From assembly GCA_965238305.1 (NCBI GenBank), contig CBDEHK010000001.1, positions 1,298,391-1,362,390 on the forward strand: 64,000 bases of DNA, written 5' to 3'. The notes beneath the pieces were generated by a model. That model saw only the letters and a list, made by a program, of their open reading frames with translations. It made no database searches and was not told the DNA's origin. Positions 26,044 through 36,398 of the stretch are shown here, piece by piece (positions within the stretch are counted from its first letter, which is position 1; each line of letters begins with the position of its first letter). The position numbers and the translations under genes were made by a program. The stretch is from Alphaproteobacteria bacterium. GTDB taxonomy: Bacteria; Pseudomonadota; Alphaproteobacteria; GCA-2731375.

Positions 26044-26832
26044 CTACTTACACATGGTGATTTTTAGTTTCGAAGGCAGGCGGGTTTTGTCATCGCCGCA
26101 GGCTTCGTCCAGTTGCCGCTGCGCCAAACCGGAGGCGTCAGACAAGTTCGCGCCGCTAAGATCGGTTTGATGGAAAGAGGCATCGTCCAGGTCGGCGTCG
26201 GTGAAATTTGCGTTGCGGAAGTTAGCGCGTCTTAGTTTCGAATTCTCAAGATCTGTCCCAATCAACGAAGCATTTTCCCCGTCCGTTCGATCTAGATCCG
26301 ATTTCCCTAATTTTGCGTTGTCCAACGTCGCATTTTTTAGGATCGTCCGTTCAAGATCACTATCGCGCATGTCGGCGCCGGTCAAATTCGCGCCGGTTAG
26401 ATCGGCCCGGCGCATCACACCTTCACGCAAATCAGCCCCTGATAGGTCGGCATTTACCAAAGATACCTTGTACATATCGACTTCCCGCAAATCCGCCTTT
26501 TTAAGATTGGCGTCCGTCAAGTTCGATTTTTCCATGTCGGTATCTTGCAATTTTGCCCCTTCCAAATTGGTGCCGATCAAAATCGATTTCTCTAGGTCGG
26601 CGTGACGTAAATCGGCGCCGGCCAAATTCGCGCCCGAAAAATTGGCACCCTTCATATCGCTGCCGCGTAATTTAGCGCCAGCCAAATTTTTGCCTTTCAA
26701 ATCAGCGCCCTTTAATTCGCAACGCACACATTTTTTGGTTTTAAGCAGTTGATCGACATCCGCCTGTTCAAACGCCAGTAGGGGGGACGCGAGCAATATT
26801 CCACCCGTCAAAACGACTAAAAAAATATTCAC
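26044..26832 (-). CDS. secreted pentapeptide-repeat protein
   Basis: Signal peptide followed by about 40 consecutive A(D/N)LxG/ANLSG pentapeptide repeats (…ADLKGKNLAGAKLRGSDMKGANFSGANLAGADLRHADLEKS…). Confidence 0.85.
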   Translation of the reverse strand: MNIFLVVLTGGILLASPLLAFEQADVDQLLKTKKCVRCELKGADLKGKNLAGAKLRGSDMKGANFSGANLAGADLRHADLEKSILIGTNLEGAKLQDTDMEKSNLTDANLKKADLREVDMYKVSLVNADLSGADLREGVMRRADLTGANLTGADMRDSDLERTILKNATLDNAKLGKSDLDRTDGENASLIGTDLENSKLRRANFRNANFTDADLDDASFHQTDLSGANLSDASGLAQRQLDEACGDDKTRLPSKLKITMCK

Positions 26833-26932
26833 AGAATCAGCCTCATTTATCCTGTTGATCGCACCAGCTTAACCCATAGATGGGTATTTCACCAACCATA
26901 TCAATGGCTTTGTCGGCAAACCGCCGAATAGC

Positions 26933-27493
26933 TTAATCTGCAATCTCGAAATAAACTGGCAACTCGTCCAATCGTGGTTGCAGGCGATCTTTTTCCGACA
27001 GCTGAGGTTCACCACTGAACGCCCAATCAATCCCGATATCCGGATCGTTCCAACGCAATCCTTTGTCATGCGCAGCGGAAAAAGGAACGGTGACTTTGTA
27101 TAGCACCTCGGTATTTTCTTCGAGCGTGCAAAAGCCATGCGCGAAACCCTTTGGCACCAATATTTGCCGCCAATTCGCTGCATTTATCCGGGCCGAGACC
27201 CAATGACCAAATGATGGAGAACCATGACGAATGTCGACCGCGACGTCCAATATGGAACCGCTGGTGACGCGTACTAGTTTATCCTGCGCAAAGGGCGGGA
27301 TTTGGAAATGTAACCCACGAATAGTACCGATTGCAGCGGATAGGGAATGATTGTCCTGGACAAAATCTAACTCGAATCCAGCCTCGTACCAAACCTGTTG
27401 ATTATAGGTTTCGGAAAAAAAACCTCGGTCATCACCATGCTTTGTCGGCTCAATGACCAGGACATCGGGTATGGCAAGAGGAGTAATCTTCAT
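26933..27493 (-). CDS. rfbC: dTDP-4-dehydrorhamnose 3,5-epimerase
   Basis: 186 aa. ...DDRGFFSETYN...GTIRGLHFQ...KLVRVTSGSILDVAVDIR... is the classic RmlC cupin. Confidence 0.9.
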   Translation of the reverse strand: MKITPLAIPDVLVIEPTKHGDDRGFFSETYNQQVWYEAGFELDFVQDNHSLSAAIGTIRGLHFQIPPFAQDKLVRVTSGSILDVAVDIRHGSPSFGHWVSARINAANWRQILVPKGFAHGFCTLEENTEVLYKVTVPFSAAHDKGLRWNDPDIGIDWAFSGEPQLSEKDRLQPRLDELPVYFEIAD

Positions 27494-27623
27494 ATGTGTT
27501 ATCTTTTGCTGCAGAATGCTTGCCTATTTGGCAGGAATTCTTAATAGTGCGCCCGCGCCTGAACTGCAAGTCAGAGCTGGGCAGCAAGGAGTTTTAACAT
27601 TGGCTGAATTGTCGGACAAATCG

Positions 27624-28631
27624 ATGACAAACAACCAGCATCCGATGATTTGCGTAGTCCTGGTGAACTATAATAGTGGCGCCTGTCTTCGCCATTGCCT
27701 AGAAAAATTGAACGACCAGATATATCGCGATTTTGAGGTAATCGTCGTCGACAATGCGTCCGATGACAATTCAATAGCGTTGGCGAACAGTTTGCTGAAA
27801 GATTTGCGTGTCCTTCAACCCGGCTCAAACACAGGCTTTGCGACGGCGAATAATTTAGCAGTGAAGGAAACCCAAGCCACGTGGATTGCCACCTTAAATG
27901 TCGATGCCTTTGCGGAAGCGGATTGGCTGCAACAACTTATCGAAGCAACGAAACGTTATCCTGAAGTGGTGATGTTTGGCTCCACGCAAATATTTGCCGA
28001 TCGACCGGGCTATCTGGATGGGGCCGGTGACGTTTATCATGCTTCGGGCGTAACCTGGCGCGGCGCCTACAATCAATCCATCGATATGCTACCGGCAGAA
28101 GGTGAAATTTTTGCGCCCTGTGCTGCCGCGGCCCTCTACCGGCGCGATGTGTTCGAAGCGGTAGATGGGTTCGATGAGAAATATTTCTGCTATCATGAAG
28201 ATGTCGATTTAGGGTTCCGTTTGCGCCACGCAGGCTATCACGCCATTCAAGTACCAAAAGCCGTTGTTCACCATAAAGGATCCGCAATTTCCGGGCGACG
28301 CAGCGCCTTCACCGTTTATCACGGTAGTCGCAATCGGTTCTGGACGTTTACAAAAAACATGCCATTGCTGGCCCTGTTCATGTTAATGCCAGTACATATA
28401 CTGATGTCGCTTATCACGCTTTTAGTGGCGGCTAAGCACGGCACATTTGTCGCCACGCTGCGCGGTTATTCCGATGGTTTGATGGGGCTTGGGCAGATTG
28501 TTCTTGATCGGCGAATTTTGGCCAAATCCAAGAACACCTCTTCTTTGGAAATATTGCGGGCGTTGTCCTGGTCGCCGATCGCCCTACTGCGTCGGAACGC
28601 CGATGTTCGACCCTATCGACATGCAAAATAA
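27624..28631 (+). CDS. family 2 glycosyltransferase
   Basis: MICVVLVNYNSGACLRHCLEKLNDQIYRDFEVIVVDNASDDNS has GT-A fold DxD context (rhamnosyltransferase-like). Start taken at ATG 27624. Confidence 0.8.
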   Translation: MTNNQHPMICVVLVNYNSGACLRHCLEKLNDQIYRDFEVIVVDNASDDNSIALANSLLKDLRVLQPGSNTGFATANNLAVKETQATWIATLNVDAFAEADWLQQLIEATKRYPEVVMFGSTQIFADRPGYLDGAGDVYHASGVTWRGAYNQSIDMLPAEGEIFAPCAAAALYRRDVFEAVDGFDEKYFCYHEDVDLGFRLRHAGYHAIQVPKAVVHHKGSAISGRRSAFTVYHGSRNRFWTFTKNMPLLALFMLMPVHILMSLITLLVAAKHGTFVATLRGYSDGLMGLGQIVLDRRILAKSKNTSSLEILRALSWSPIALLRRNADVRPYRHAK

Positions 28632-29514
28632 TCTGATTACCGCCGTCATGGTGACCTACCGCACCGGGCCGGTGTTGTTCGAAGCATTAGCGGCAGTGCT
28701 GAAGCAAGGCGAACTGGGCCAGTTAATCATTGTCGATAACGGCAATCCGGCAGATAAACTGGCGCAACTGCGTGACGTTGCGGAAGCTGACGCGCGTGTC
28801 CTGTTGATCACCGGTCATGGCAATATCGGCTACGCCGCCGCCTGCAATCTGGGGGCCGAAAAAGCTGACCATGATTTGCTTCTGCTGATAAATCCCGATT
28901 GTAAGTTGGCGCCAACGGCGCTTGGGGAAATGGTTCGCGCGGCCGCGCAATTGCCGGTGCCATGGCTGCTGGGTGGGTTTATCACCGATCAGGACGGCCG
29001 CGAGCAGCGGGCCTGCCGGCGCAATTTATTAACGCCCGAAACCTTGCTGGTTGAAGGTCTGCGCCTTGATCTTCTGTCCCCGGAAAAATGGGGTGGCAAG
29101 CGCCTAAATTTGGCCGACGACAATCCGCCGACAGAGCTTGCAGAAATACCGGCGATCAGTGGCGCGCTCATTCTTTTGCCGCGATCGGCTTATCAAGACT
29201 TGGGTGGAATGGATTCCGGATATTTTCTTCATGTCGAAGATTTGGATTTCTTTTGGCGTTTTCAGCGCGGACCGGGGAAGATATTTTTGGCCCCCAAAGT
29301 GCGAGCGACGCATCTGAAAGGCAGTAGTGACGCAACGGCGAATTGGGTCGAGTGGCAGAAATCCAAAGGATTTTTACGCTATTTCCGGCTTCATTTTTCG
29401 AACACGCATTCTTGGTTCGTGCGAACTTTGTTAAGCGGGCTTATCTTGGCGCGGTTTTTTGCCGGTATTCTGCGGCGCGCGTTTAGTCCTCGCCCGGCAC
29501 GCCGTCGACAATAA
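28603..29514 (+). CDS. family 2 glycosyltransferase (second copy)
   Basis: [38 protein letters not shown]...[10 protein letters not shown]. Overlaps the upstream glycosyltransferase end. The start may be ATG 28603 or 28621. Confidence 0.75.
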   Translation: MFDPIDMQNNLITAVMVTYRTGPVLFEALAAVLKQGELGQLIIVDNGNPADKLAQLRDVAEADARVLLITGHGNIGYAAACNLGAEKADHDLLLLINPDCKLAPTALGEMVRAAAQLPVPWLLGGFITDQDGREQRACRRNLLTPETLLVEGLRLDLLSPEKWGGKRLNLADDNPPTELAEIPAISGALILLPRSAYQDLGGMDSGYFLHVEDLDFFWRFQRGPGKIFLAPKVRATHLKGSSDATANWVEWQKSKGFLRYFRLHFSNTHSWFVRTLLSGLILARFFAGILRRAFSPRPARRRQ

Positions 29515-30373
29515 TTCGCTGCAGATATCGCCCGTAGCGGTTTTTTAACAATGGCGCCGCCAGTTCTTCCACCTGTGCGCTATCGATAAATCCCATGCGC
29601 CAGGCGATTTCTTCGATGCAGGCAATTTTTAGGCCCTGACGATTTTCCACCGTGCGGACAAACTCCGCCGCTTCGAGCAGCGAATCATGCGTGCCGGTAT
29701 CGAACCAACAATATCCACGACCTAGGGTGACAACGTCCAAATTGCCCTGCTGCAAATACACCTCGTTGACAGATGTAATTTCCAATTCACCGCGGTCGGA
29801 CGGTTTCACGTTTGGCGCCACCTCGACGACATTATTGTCGTAATAATAAAGGCCGGTAACTGCCCAGTTCGACTTTGGTTCAGTTGGTTTTTCTTCAATA
29901 CTGACGGCTGTGCGATTTTTGTCGAACTCCACAACCCCATAACGTTCGGGATCCTCGACCCAATAGGCGAATACCGTTGCGCCGGACGCAGAAACAGCGG
30001 CTTGCTGCAGATGCCGGCTCAGATTATGGCCATAAAAAATATTATCGCCCAGAACCAGGGCGCAGGGATCGTTGCCGATAAAATCCTTGCCGATAACAAA
30101 GGCTTGGGCCAAACCATCCGGCGACGGCTGCACCGCGAATTGCAAGTTGATCCCCCATTGGCTACCGTCGCCAAGCAGATTTTGAAACTGGCTTTGATCT
30201 TCAGGGGTGGTGATGATTAGGACATCACGAATATCCGACAGCAATAGGATCGACAGTGGATAATAAATCATCGGCTTGTCGTAAATCGGCAGCAATTGTT
30301 TGCTGACCGACGCGGTCACCGGATAAAGCCGGGTGCCCGACCCGCCAGCCAAAATGATCCCTTTACGTGCCAT
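29483..30373 (-). CDS. rfbA: glucose-1-phosphate thymidylyltransferase
   Basis: [41 protein letters not shown] is the RmlA signature. Confidence 0.93.
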   Translation of the reverse strand: MARKGIILAGGSGTRLYPVTASVSKQLLPIYDKPMIYYPLSILLLSDIRDVLIITTPEDQSQFQNLLGDGSQWGINLQFAVQPSPDGLAQAFVIGKDFIGNDPCALVLGDNIFYGHNLSRHLQQAAVSASGATVFAYWVEDPERYGVVEFDKNRTAVSIEEKPTEPKSNWAVTGLYYYDNNVVEVAPNVKPSDRGELEITSVNEVYLQQGNLDVVTLGRGYCWFDTGTHDSLLEAAEFVRTVENRQGLKIACIEEIAWRMGFIDSAQVEELAAPLLKNRYGRYLQRIIVDGVPGED

Positions 30374-30376
30374 AGG

Positions 30377-31288
30377 TTATTGACCCTTCATCGTCGCACA
30401 GATTTCATCCATAACCGGTTTCAAACTTTCCCGCCAGTGCGGCGGTAGAATTTTGAAAGTGCTGGCTAGCGCGCTGCAGTCGAGACGAGAATTTTTCGGC
30501 CGCGCCGCCAGCGTTGGATATTCGGCGGTGGTTATCCGCTCCACTTTCGGCGACGGTAAACCTTGTCGGGCGCATTCTTCAAAAATTTCAATGGCAAAAT
30601 CGTACCAACTCGCTTCACCGCTATTGCTCAGGTGATAGGTGCCCCAGGCAATATCCCTTTCGGCGGCAGTCTGGGCCGCCAAGTCGATGATCGCTGTTGC
30701 AATGAAGGCGGCGGCAGTCGGCGTTCCAACCTGATCACCAACAACGGCCAGACATTCACGTTCACCGGCCAAACGCAGCATGGTCTTGACGAAATTTTCG
30801 CCGTGGGCACCATAGACCCAAGCCGTACGTAAGATCAGATGCCTGGCAAGATTATTGCGCACGGCTCGCTCTCCGGCTTCTTTCGATTTTCCGTAGATGC
30901 CCAAAGGAGCAACCGGATCGCCTTCGGTATACGGCCGATCCAATCCGCCATCAAAAACATAGTCCGTAGAAATATGAATTAATGCGGCATCTATTCTGGC
31001 CGCGGCACGGGCTAGATTATCCACACCATGGCAATTGATGGCTTGTGCCTCTTGAGGTTCGTTTTCTGCCCGATCAACAGCCGTATAAGCAGCTGCATTG
31101 ACAAGAATATCATAATCCCCGGTACCGGCAGCAATTTCGACTGCCCTGGCCTCCGTGATATCTAGTTCTACACGCGTCTTAAAGTCGACGGTGAAGCCGG
31201 CGGGCCAGTTGGCGCGGGCCAACTCAAACCCGACCTGTCCGTTGGCGCCGGTGACCAGCACTTTTGTCGCGCCGCCATCGACCATCAA
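30377..31288 (-). CDS. rfbD: dTDP-4-dehydrorhamnose reductase
   Basis: [15 protein letters not shown] with an RmlD-type SDR lacking the canonical length, about 300 aa. Its start overlaps the rfbB end. Confidence 0.85.
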   Translation of the reverse strand: MMVDGGATKVLVTGANGQVGFELARANWPAGFTVDFKTRVELDITEARAVEIAAGTGDYDILVNAAAYTAVDRAENEPQEAQAINCHGVDNLARAAARIDAALIHISTDYVFDGGLDRPYTEGDPVAPLGIYGKSKEAGERAVRNNLARHLILRTAWVYGAHGENFVKTMLRLAGERECLAVVGDQVGTPTAAAFIATAIIDLAAQTAAERDIAWGTYHLSNSGEASWYDFAIEIFEECARQGLPSPKVERITTAEYPTLAARPKNSRLDCSALASTFKILPPHWRESLKPVMDEICATMKGQ

Positions 31289-32337
31289 GCTTTGCCCAAT
31301 CGTTCGCCGGCATAATTGTTATCAAGGATCGCTTGCCACCAATCCTGGTTGGCCAGATACCACTCAACCGTTGCCCGCAGACCGCTTTCGAAGGTTTCTT
31401 CCGGGAACCAGCCAAGGTCCGTTTTGATTTTGTTTGCGTCAACGGCATAACGCAAGTCATGGCCTGGACGATCGGCAACGTAAGTGATGAGGTCGCGTCT
31501 GTTGCTGGTTTCTTTACCCGGGGCCAGTTCGTCCAATAGATCGCAAATGGCATGAACGACGTCCAAATTGGTTCGTTCGCACCAACCGCCGATATTGTAA
31601 CATTCCCCGATCATGCCGTTTTCCAAGACCGAACAAAGCGCCCGAGCATGATCTTCCACATGCAGCCAATCGCGAATGTTTTCTCCTTTGCCGTAAACCG
31701 GCAGGGCATCGCCATGCAAACCTTTGATTATCATCAATGGGATCAGCTTTTCAGGAAACTGAAAGGGTCCGTAATTGTTGGAACAATTTGTCAATATTGT
31801 CGGCAAACCAAATGTTTCCTGCCAGGCGCGGAGCAAGTGGTCCGACGAAGCTTTACTGGCGGAATAAGGTGAATTGGGTTGATAGGGGCTATCCTCGACG
31901 AACATCCCGGTGTCCCCCAAGCTGCCGTAAACTTCGTCGGTTGAAATATGATGAAAGCGGAAATAGTCCTGGCGCGAACTCGGTAACGACTGCCAATAGC
32001 CAAGCGCTTGTTGCAACAAGGTGAAGGTGCCGACGACATTGGTTTGAATAAACTCTCCCGGGCCATCAATCGAACGATCGACATGGCTTTCCGCCGCCAA
32101 ATTCATCACCGCGTGCGGCTGCTAATCTGCCAAAATGTTGGCCAGCTGGTCGCCGTCGCAGATGTCGGCTTTGACAAAGCGATAGCGCGAATTCTGCTCA
32201 ACCTGCCGCAAGCTGTTCAAATTTGCCGCATAGGTAAGCTTGTCCAAGTTCAGAACTTCATGCTCGGAATTGGCAATCAGATGGCGGATAACAGCAGAGC
32301 CAATGAATCCCGCGCCGCCTGTAACAATAATTTTCAT
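31285..32337 (-). pseudogene. rfbB: dTDP-glucose 4,6-dehydratase interrupted by an in-frame amber codon (TAG at 32122..32124, minus strand)
   Basis: Continuous RmlB homology across ORFs 32122..32373 and 31285..32109: [20 protein letters not shown]...[35 protein letters not shown] versus E. coli ...ICD...[23 protein letters not shown]. The TAG replaces a CAG/CAC-type codon. It is either a nonsense mutation or a sequencing error. Confidence 0.6.
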
Positions 32338-32439
32338 CGCTGAACTCGCTAAGCTTGCAATTGCCCGCCGCATTCATTGCGCGGACGGACAGCGTTATAG
32401 GAGACTTTCTATTACTGTTCAATGACTGCGATCGGACAC

Positions 32440-33912
32440 TTAGGCGTTGGACCGCAAACTTTCCTTCTTGGCGTCATCCGAACCCTCCTGTTCCGCGAAG
32501 CCGACTTGGTTTCGACCGGCCCGTTTAGCGCTGTACATGGCGTTATCGGCTTCCTTCATCAGTTGATCCAGGTTATCTGCATGAATCGGATAAATCGCCG
32601 CGCCAATGCTCGCACTGGTACTGACCCGCTGCTCGCCATCGCCGATCTCGATCTGCAAGGCTTGGTGAAAACGCTCTGCCATGCCACGCAATTCCGACTG
32701 CACCGATCCATTGATACAGGACGTCACCACGGCAAATTCGTCGCCGCCAAGCCGGGCGACAAAATCTTTACTGCGTATAGTGTCAGTTAGCCGCTTGGCA
32801 GCAGTGACCAGCACCATATCACCGGCATTGTGACCCAGGGTATCGTTAACCTGCTTGAAGTTATCCAGGTCGACATAAAGCAAGCAAAAATCTTTCTTGT
32901 CGGTTTCCGCCTCTTCCAGCCGTTCGTTCAAAACGCGCTGAAATTGACGGCGATTTGGCAGTTCCGTTAACTCGTCGTGCAAGGCCAAATATTCACTTCT
33001 TTGGCGATTATGTTCGGCCTCTTCTTTCTGAATGGCCAGTTCATCCGCCAATTTTACGGTCTCGGTCGCTTGTTGCTCCAGCATCGATCGGCTGAACTCC
33101 AGATCCTTAACATGTTTGTTCAATGCATTTTCGTAGGCTTCACGTTCAGTCGAATCGCGCAAAACGACGGTATAACAGGAACCTTCGTGGCCGCTCCGGT
33201 CGCCGCGCCGCCATTCGCTAAAGGTACATTCAAGCGATATAACTGTCTCATCGAGACGCCGGCCTTCGACGAATTTTTCTCGCCGGTTTTTGAGTATTTC
33301 CACCAATATCTCCGGCTCACCGTCGCGACGTTCCTGTCGGACGGGTATAAAATCACCGATATTCCGACCGACCGCTAAATACGCCTGGGTTCGGAAAATC
33401 ACTTCCGCCCCATGATTGAAAGTCAATATGGTGCCATGTTCGTCGAGCGTTAACAGGCCTTCGGAAACGGTATTGATAATTGTCGCCAGATAGCGTTCGC
33501 GGGTGCGTAACATTTCCGCGTTTCTCAACTGTTCGGTGATATCATGGCATTCGATTAGCGTATGTTCCTCGCCGTCATGTTCGAATACGGTGATCCAGAG
33601 TTTTACATCGATGTATCGGCCGTTGGTTGCCCGCAATTTAGAAGGGATTGCATCCATCTCACCGTCGAGATCTTTAACATCAAGGTAAAATATTTCCTGA
33701 TAATCCTCGTGAAGAAATTGGAACATCGGCAGTCCCGCTTCTTCATCGAATTTATCGATCGCCAGCATTTCCCGAGCAGTCTGGTTCAAATAATGGAATC
33801 GACCATTTTTGGAGACGCCCAGGAATATTTTATTTTCATCCACGAGCTTTCGAAGCACCGTGGCGGATGGATCGAACGATTTTTTGTCAGAAATCTTGGG
33901 CATATTGTCCAA
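32440..33912 (-). CDS. PAS-domain sensor diguanylate cyclase (GGDEF)
   Basis: Two N-terminal PAS-like regions, then the GGDEF domain with RxxD I-site context and RLGGDEFAV active-site motif. Confidence 0.85.
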   Translation of the reverse strand: MDNMPKISDKKSFDPSATVLRKLVDENKIFLGVSKNGRFHYLNQTAREMLAIDKFDEEAGLPMFQFLHEDYQEIFYLDVKDLDGEMDAIPSKLRATNGRYIDVKLWITVFEHDGEEHTLIECHDITEQLRNAEMLRTRERYLATIINTVSEGLLTLDEHGTILTFNHGAEVIFRTQAYLAVGRNIGDFIPVRQERRDGEPEILVEILKNRREKFVEGRRLDETVISLECTFSEWRRGDRSGHEGSCYTVVLRDSTEREAYENALNKHVKDLEFSRSMLEQQATETVKLADELAIQKEEAEHNRQRSEYLALHDELTELPNRRQFQRVLNERLEEAETDKKDFCLLYVDLDNFKQVNDTLGHNAGDMVLVTAAKRLTDTIRSKDFVARLGGDEFAVVTSCINGSVQSELRGMAERFHQALQIEIGDGEQRVSTSASIGAAIYPIHADNLDQLMKEADNAMYSAKRAGRNQVGFAEQEGSDDAKKESLRSNA

Positions 33913-34100
33913 TTCATGCTGGCAACAATTTATTTCAACTCAGCAAATTCTTTTAGCGAATCGGTAAAATACTATTCAGTAATAATGTGACTTTACCAGT
34001 TTGTATGTTTGATCTATCCAACTTAATTGTCGATTATTAAGCTTATGTTAACCAGGAATGCAAAATATCTACCATTCCACCATACGGCATTCTCAAATAC

Positions 34101-34174
34101 TGGAGCGGGCGAAGGGAATCGAACCCTCGTCTTAAGCTTGGGAAGCTCCTGCTCTACCATTGAGCTACGCCCGC
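34101..34174 (-). tRNA. tRNA-Gly (anticodon CCC)
   Basis: Reverse complement GCGGGCGTAGCTCAATGGTAGAGCAGGAGCTTCCCAAGCTTAAGACGAGGGTTCGATTCCCTTCGCCCGCTCCA. Cloverleaf with anticodon loop CTTCCCAAG, T-loop GGTTCGATTCC and encoded CCA. Explains spurious ORF 34023..34289. Confidence 0.9.
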
Positions 34175-34384
34175 CTTTCGACGGGCTACATAGCACAATG
34201 TGACCGACTGCTGAAACGAATTGATGACAAAATGGCAATGATAACGAGTGTTCACAGTCTTGCGATGCGTTGACGGCGTCGATTGACAATCAAGCATTAC
34301 CTTCGCAAATTAGCTTATGAATCTTGCTTTATCGATCAACCAGCTAATCGATGCAGTTTGACAATTTATAATTAGAGAGTGTGA

Positions 34385-35347
34385 ATGAATTTCCAATTTA
34401 AAGTCGAACCTTTGCAACGCCTGGATCCGGTAAAATTCAAAAATCCCGAATTCACCGCCAAAGGCGAGGTTCGAGCGTCGGTTCAGTTGCGGAATATCGA
34501 AACTTTGTGGTTCAACACCGGTACGCTTTGCAATCTCAGCTGTGGTCATTGTTATATCGAATCGACGCCGTCAAATGACCGACTGATTTATCTGACAGCA
34601 TCGGAAGTCCGTTGTTTTTTGGATGAATTGGATGCTGATTGGCAGGCCACCGAAATCGGCTTTACCGGCGGTGAACCGTTCATGAACAAGGACATTATCC
34701 TGATGGTGTCGGAAGTTCTGGCGCGCGGATACGAGGTTTTGGTATTGACCAATGCGATGAAACCGATGACCCATCATCGTGCGGCGTTGTTGGCGCTGAA
34801 AGATTGTTATGGCGACAAGTTGAAGGTAAGGGTGTCGCTGGATCACTTTATGGAAGCGGCGCACGATCTTGAACGTGGCGACGGCAGCTGGAAAATAGCC
34901 CTCGACGGGGTCAAATGGTTGTCGGATCAAGGTATCAATTTCAGTATTGCCGGCCGCACTATGTGGCAGGAGAGCGAAGCCGGCCTACGAGCCGGATTTG
35001 CGGAGCTTGCAACAAAAGAAAAGCTACATTTCGATGCCAGCGACCCAAGTGCGCTGGTGCTGTTTCCAGAAATGGATATGGCGGTTGATGTGCCGGAAAT
35101 TACGACGGCGTGTTGGAGCCTTCTTGGGAAAAATCCCAATGATGTTATGTGCGCGAGTTCACGCATGATTGTGCATCGTAAAGGCGAAGATCGAGCGGTC
35201 GTTCTAGCCTGTACGTTGTTACCTTACGACGATCAATTTGAACTTGGCCATCGTCTTGCGGACGCCGCCGGCGCGGTAAAATTGAATCACCCCCATTGTG
35301 CGAAATTTTGTGTCCTTGGCGGCGCCTCTTGCAGTGTGAATAGCTGA
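34385..35347 (+). CDS. radical SAM protein (ArsS-like / uncharacterised subfamily)
   Basis: CNLSCGHC is a CxxxCxxC radical-SAM cluster motif at residues about 45-52, with extra C-terminal Cys (HPHCAKFCVLGGASC). Subfamily assignment is tentative. Confidence 0.6.
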   Translation: MNFQFKVEPLQRLDPVKFKNPEFTAKGEVRASVQLRNIETLWFNTGTLCNLSCGHCYIESTPSNDRLIYLTASEVRCFLDELDADWQATEIGFTGGEPFMNKDIILMVSEVLARGYEVLVLTNAMKPMTHHRAALLALKDCYGDKLKVRVSLDHFMEAAHDLERGDGSWKIALDGVKWLSDQGINFSIAGRTMWQESEAGLRAGFAELATKEKLHFDASDPSALVLFPEMDMAVDVPEITTACWSLLGKNPNDVMCASSRMIVHRKGEDRAVVLACTLLPYDDQFELGHRLADAAGAVKLNHPHCAKFCVLGGASCSVNS

Positions 35348-35438
35348 ATTTCGACACCCAAATCTACCGATAATATCGGCCTTGGTAGTTCGATTGCGAA
35401 CGTGTTAACTTTTGGCCACGACGGCAACTGGACGGAAC

Positions 35439-35945
35439 ATGACCAAGTCAAAAAATTTCGACGAAAATTTTGATCCCGCCGACCATGAGCTGGTGGTTCA
35501 AAAATCGTTTGAAGAACTTGCGATAGGTGATCAATTTCCTATTTCTTCGCGGACCATTGGGGATGCGAATTTTGCCGCCTTTCAGCTTGCGTCAGGTGAT
35601 AATCATCCAATCCACTATGATATCGAATATTGTCAGGCGCGGGGCCATCCGAACCTGCTGGCGCATGGCTTTCACGCGCTTGTTCAGACCGCGCCGGGGG
35701 CTGGCATGTTCCCGCATGTGATCGGTGATTCACTGATCGGCTTCATAGATCAATCAAGCCGATTCTTAGGTCCACTTTATGCCGGCGATACGGTCTATCC
35801 GATGCTGGAAATTGTCGCCCTGGAAACACAGCGTACAACGGGTGTCGTGACTATGAAATCGACTATCCATAATCAGCGGCGGGAATTGATTTTGGATGGC
35901 GAGCAGCGTTATCTGGTCCGTCTTGGCACAACGAAACCGGCTTAG
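35439..35945 (+). CDS. MaoC-like (R)-specific enoyl-CoA hydratase / hot-dog fold dehydratase
   Basis: ...FQLASGDNHPIHYDIEYCQARGHPNLLAHGFHAL... is the MaoC dehydratase motif. Confidence 0.75.
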   Translation: MTKSKNFDENFDPADHELVVQKSFEELAIGDQFPISSRTIGDANFAAFQLASGDNHPIHYDIEYCQARGHPNLLAHGFHALVQTAPGAGMFPHVIGDSLIGFIDQSSRFLGPLYAGDTVYPMLEIVALETQRTTGVVTMKSTIHNQRRELILDGEQRYLVRLGTTKPA

Positions 35946-35967
35946 TTGAAAGCGAAGGGCGGGCGTT

Positions 35968-36360
35968 ATGTATGTTGCTGAAACAAACGATATCCGGATT
36001 ACGGCAACGCCAAATTATTTGGGCGCGCAATCGAACCCGGCGCTCAATCAGTTCTTTTGGACATATACGATTGTTATTGAAAATGTCGGTGCGATAACGG
36101 TTCAATTGCTAAGCCGGCATTGGCGGATTACGGATTGCGAAGGCCGGACAACTGAAGTCCAAGGGGAAGGCGTGGTTGGCAAGACACCAGTTCTTAAACC
36201 GGGGGAGCGGTTTGAATATACCAGCGGTACGCCCTTGGCCTCGGCCTCGGGTATCATGGTCGGAACCTATCGAATGCGGCGTGAGGGCGGCGGCGAATTC
36301 GACGTCGATATTCCGGCATTTTCGCTGGATGGGCCTTCCGCGCCGGCTGTTGTGAACTAA
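35968..36360 (+). CDS. apaG: ApaG domain protein (DUF525)
   Basis: 130 aa, ...ITATPNYLGAQSNPALNQFFWTYTIVIENVGAITVQLLSRHWRITDCEG...GEGVVGKTPVLKPGE, typical ApaG. Confidence 0.85.
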   Translation: MYVAETNDIRITATPNYLGAQSNPALNQFFWTYTIVIENVGAITVQLLSRHWRITDCEGRTTEVQGEGVVGKTPVLKPGERFEYTSGTPLASASGIMVGTYRMRREGGGEFDVDIPAFSLDGPSAPAVVN

Positions 36361-36398
36361 GTTTTGGTTATTGTTGAGCGGTTTGGATTGCGTGGGTA

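Noticed and set aside
32122-32124. TAG in rfbB read as pyrrolysine or as programmed read-through
   Set aside because: Nothing suggests a Pyl system (which is restricted to methanogen-type metabolism), and there is no downstream PYLIS-like context. A nonsense mutation or a sequencing error is far more parsimonious.
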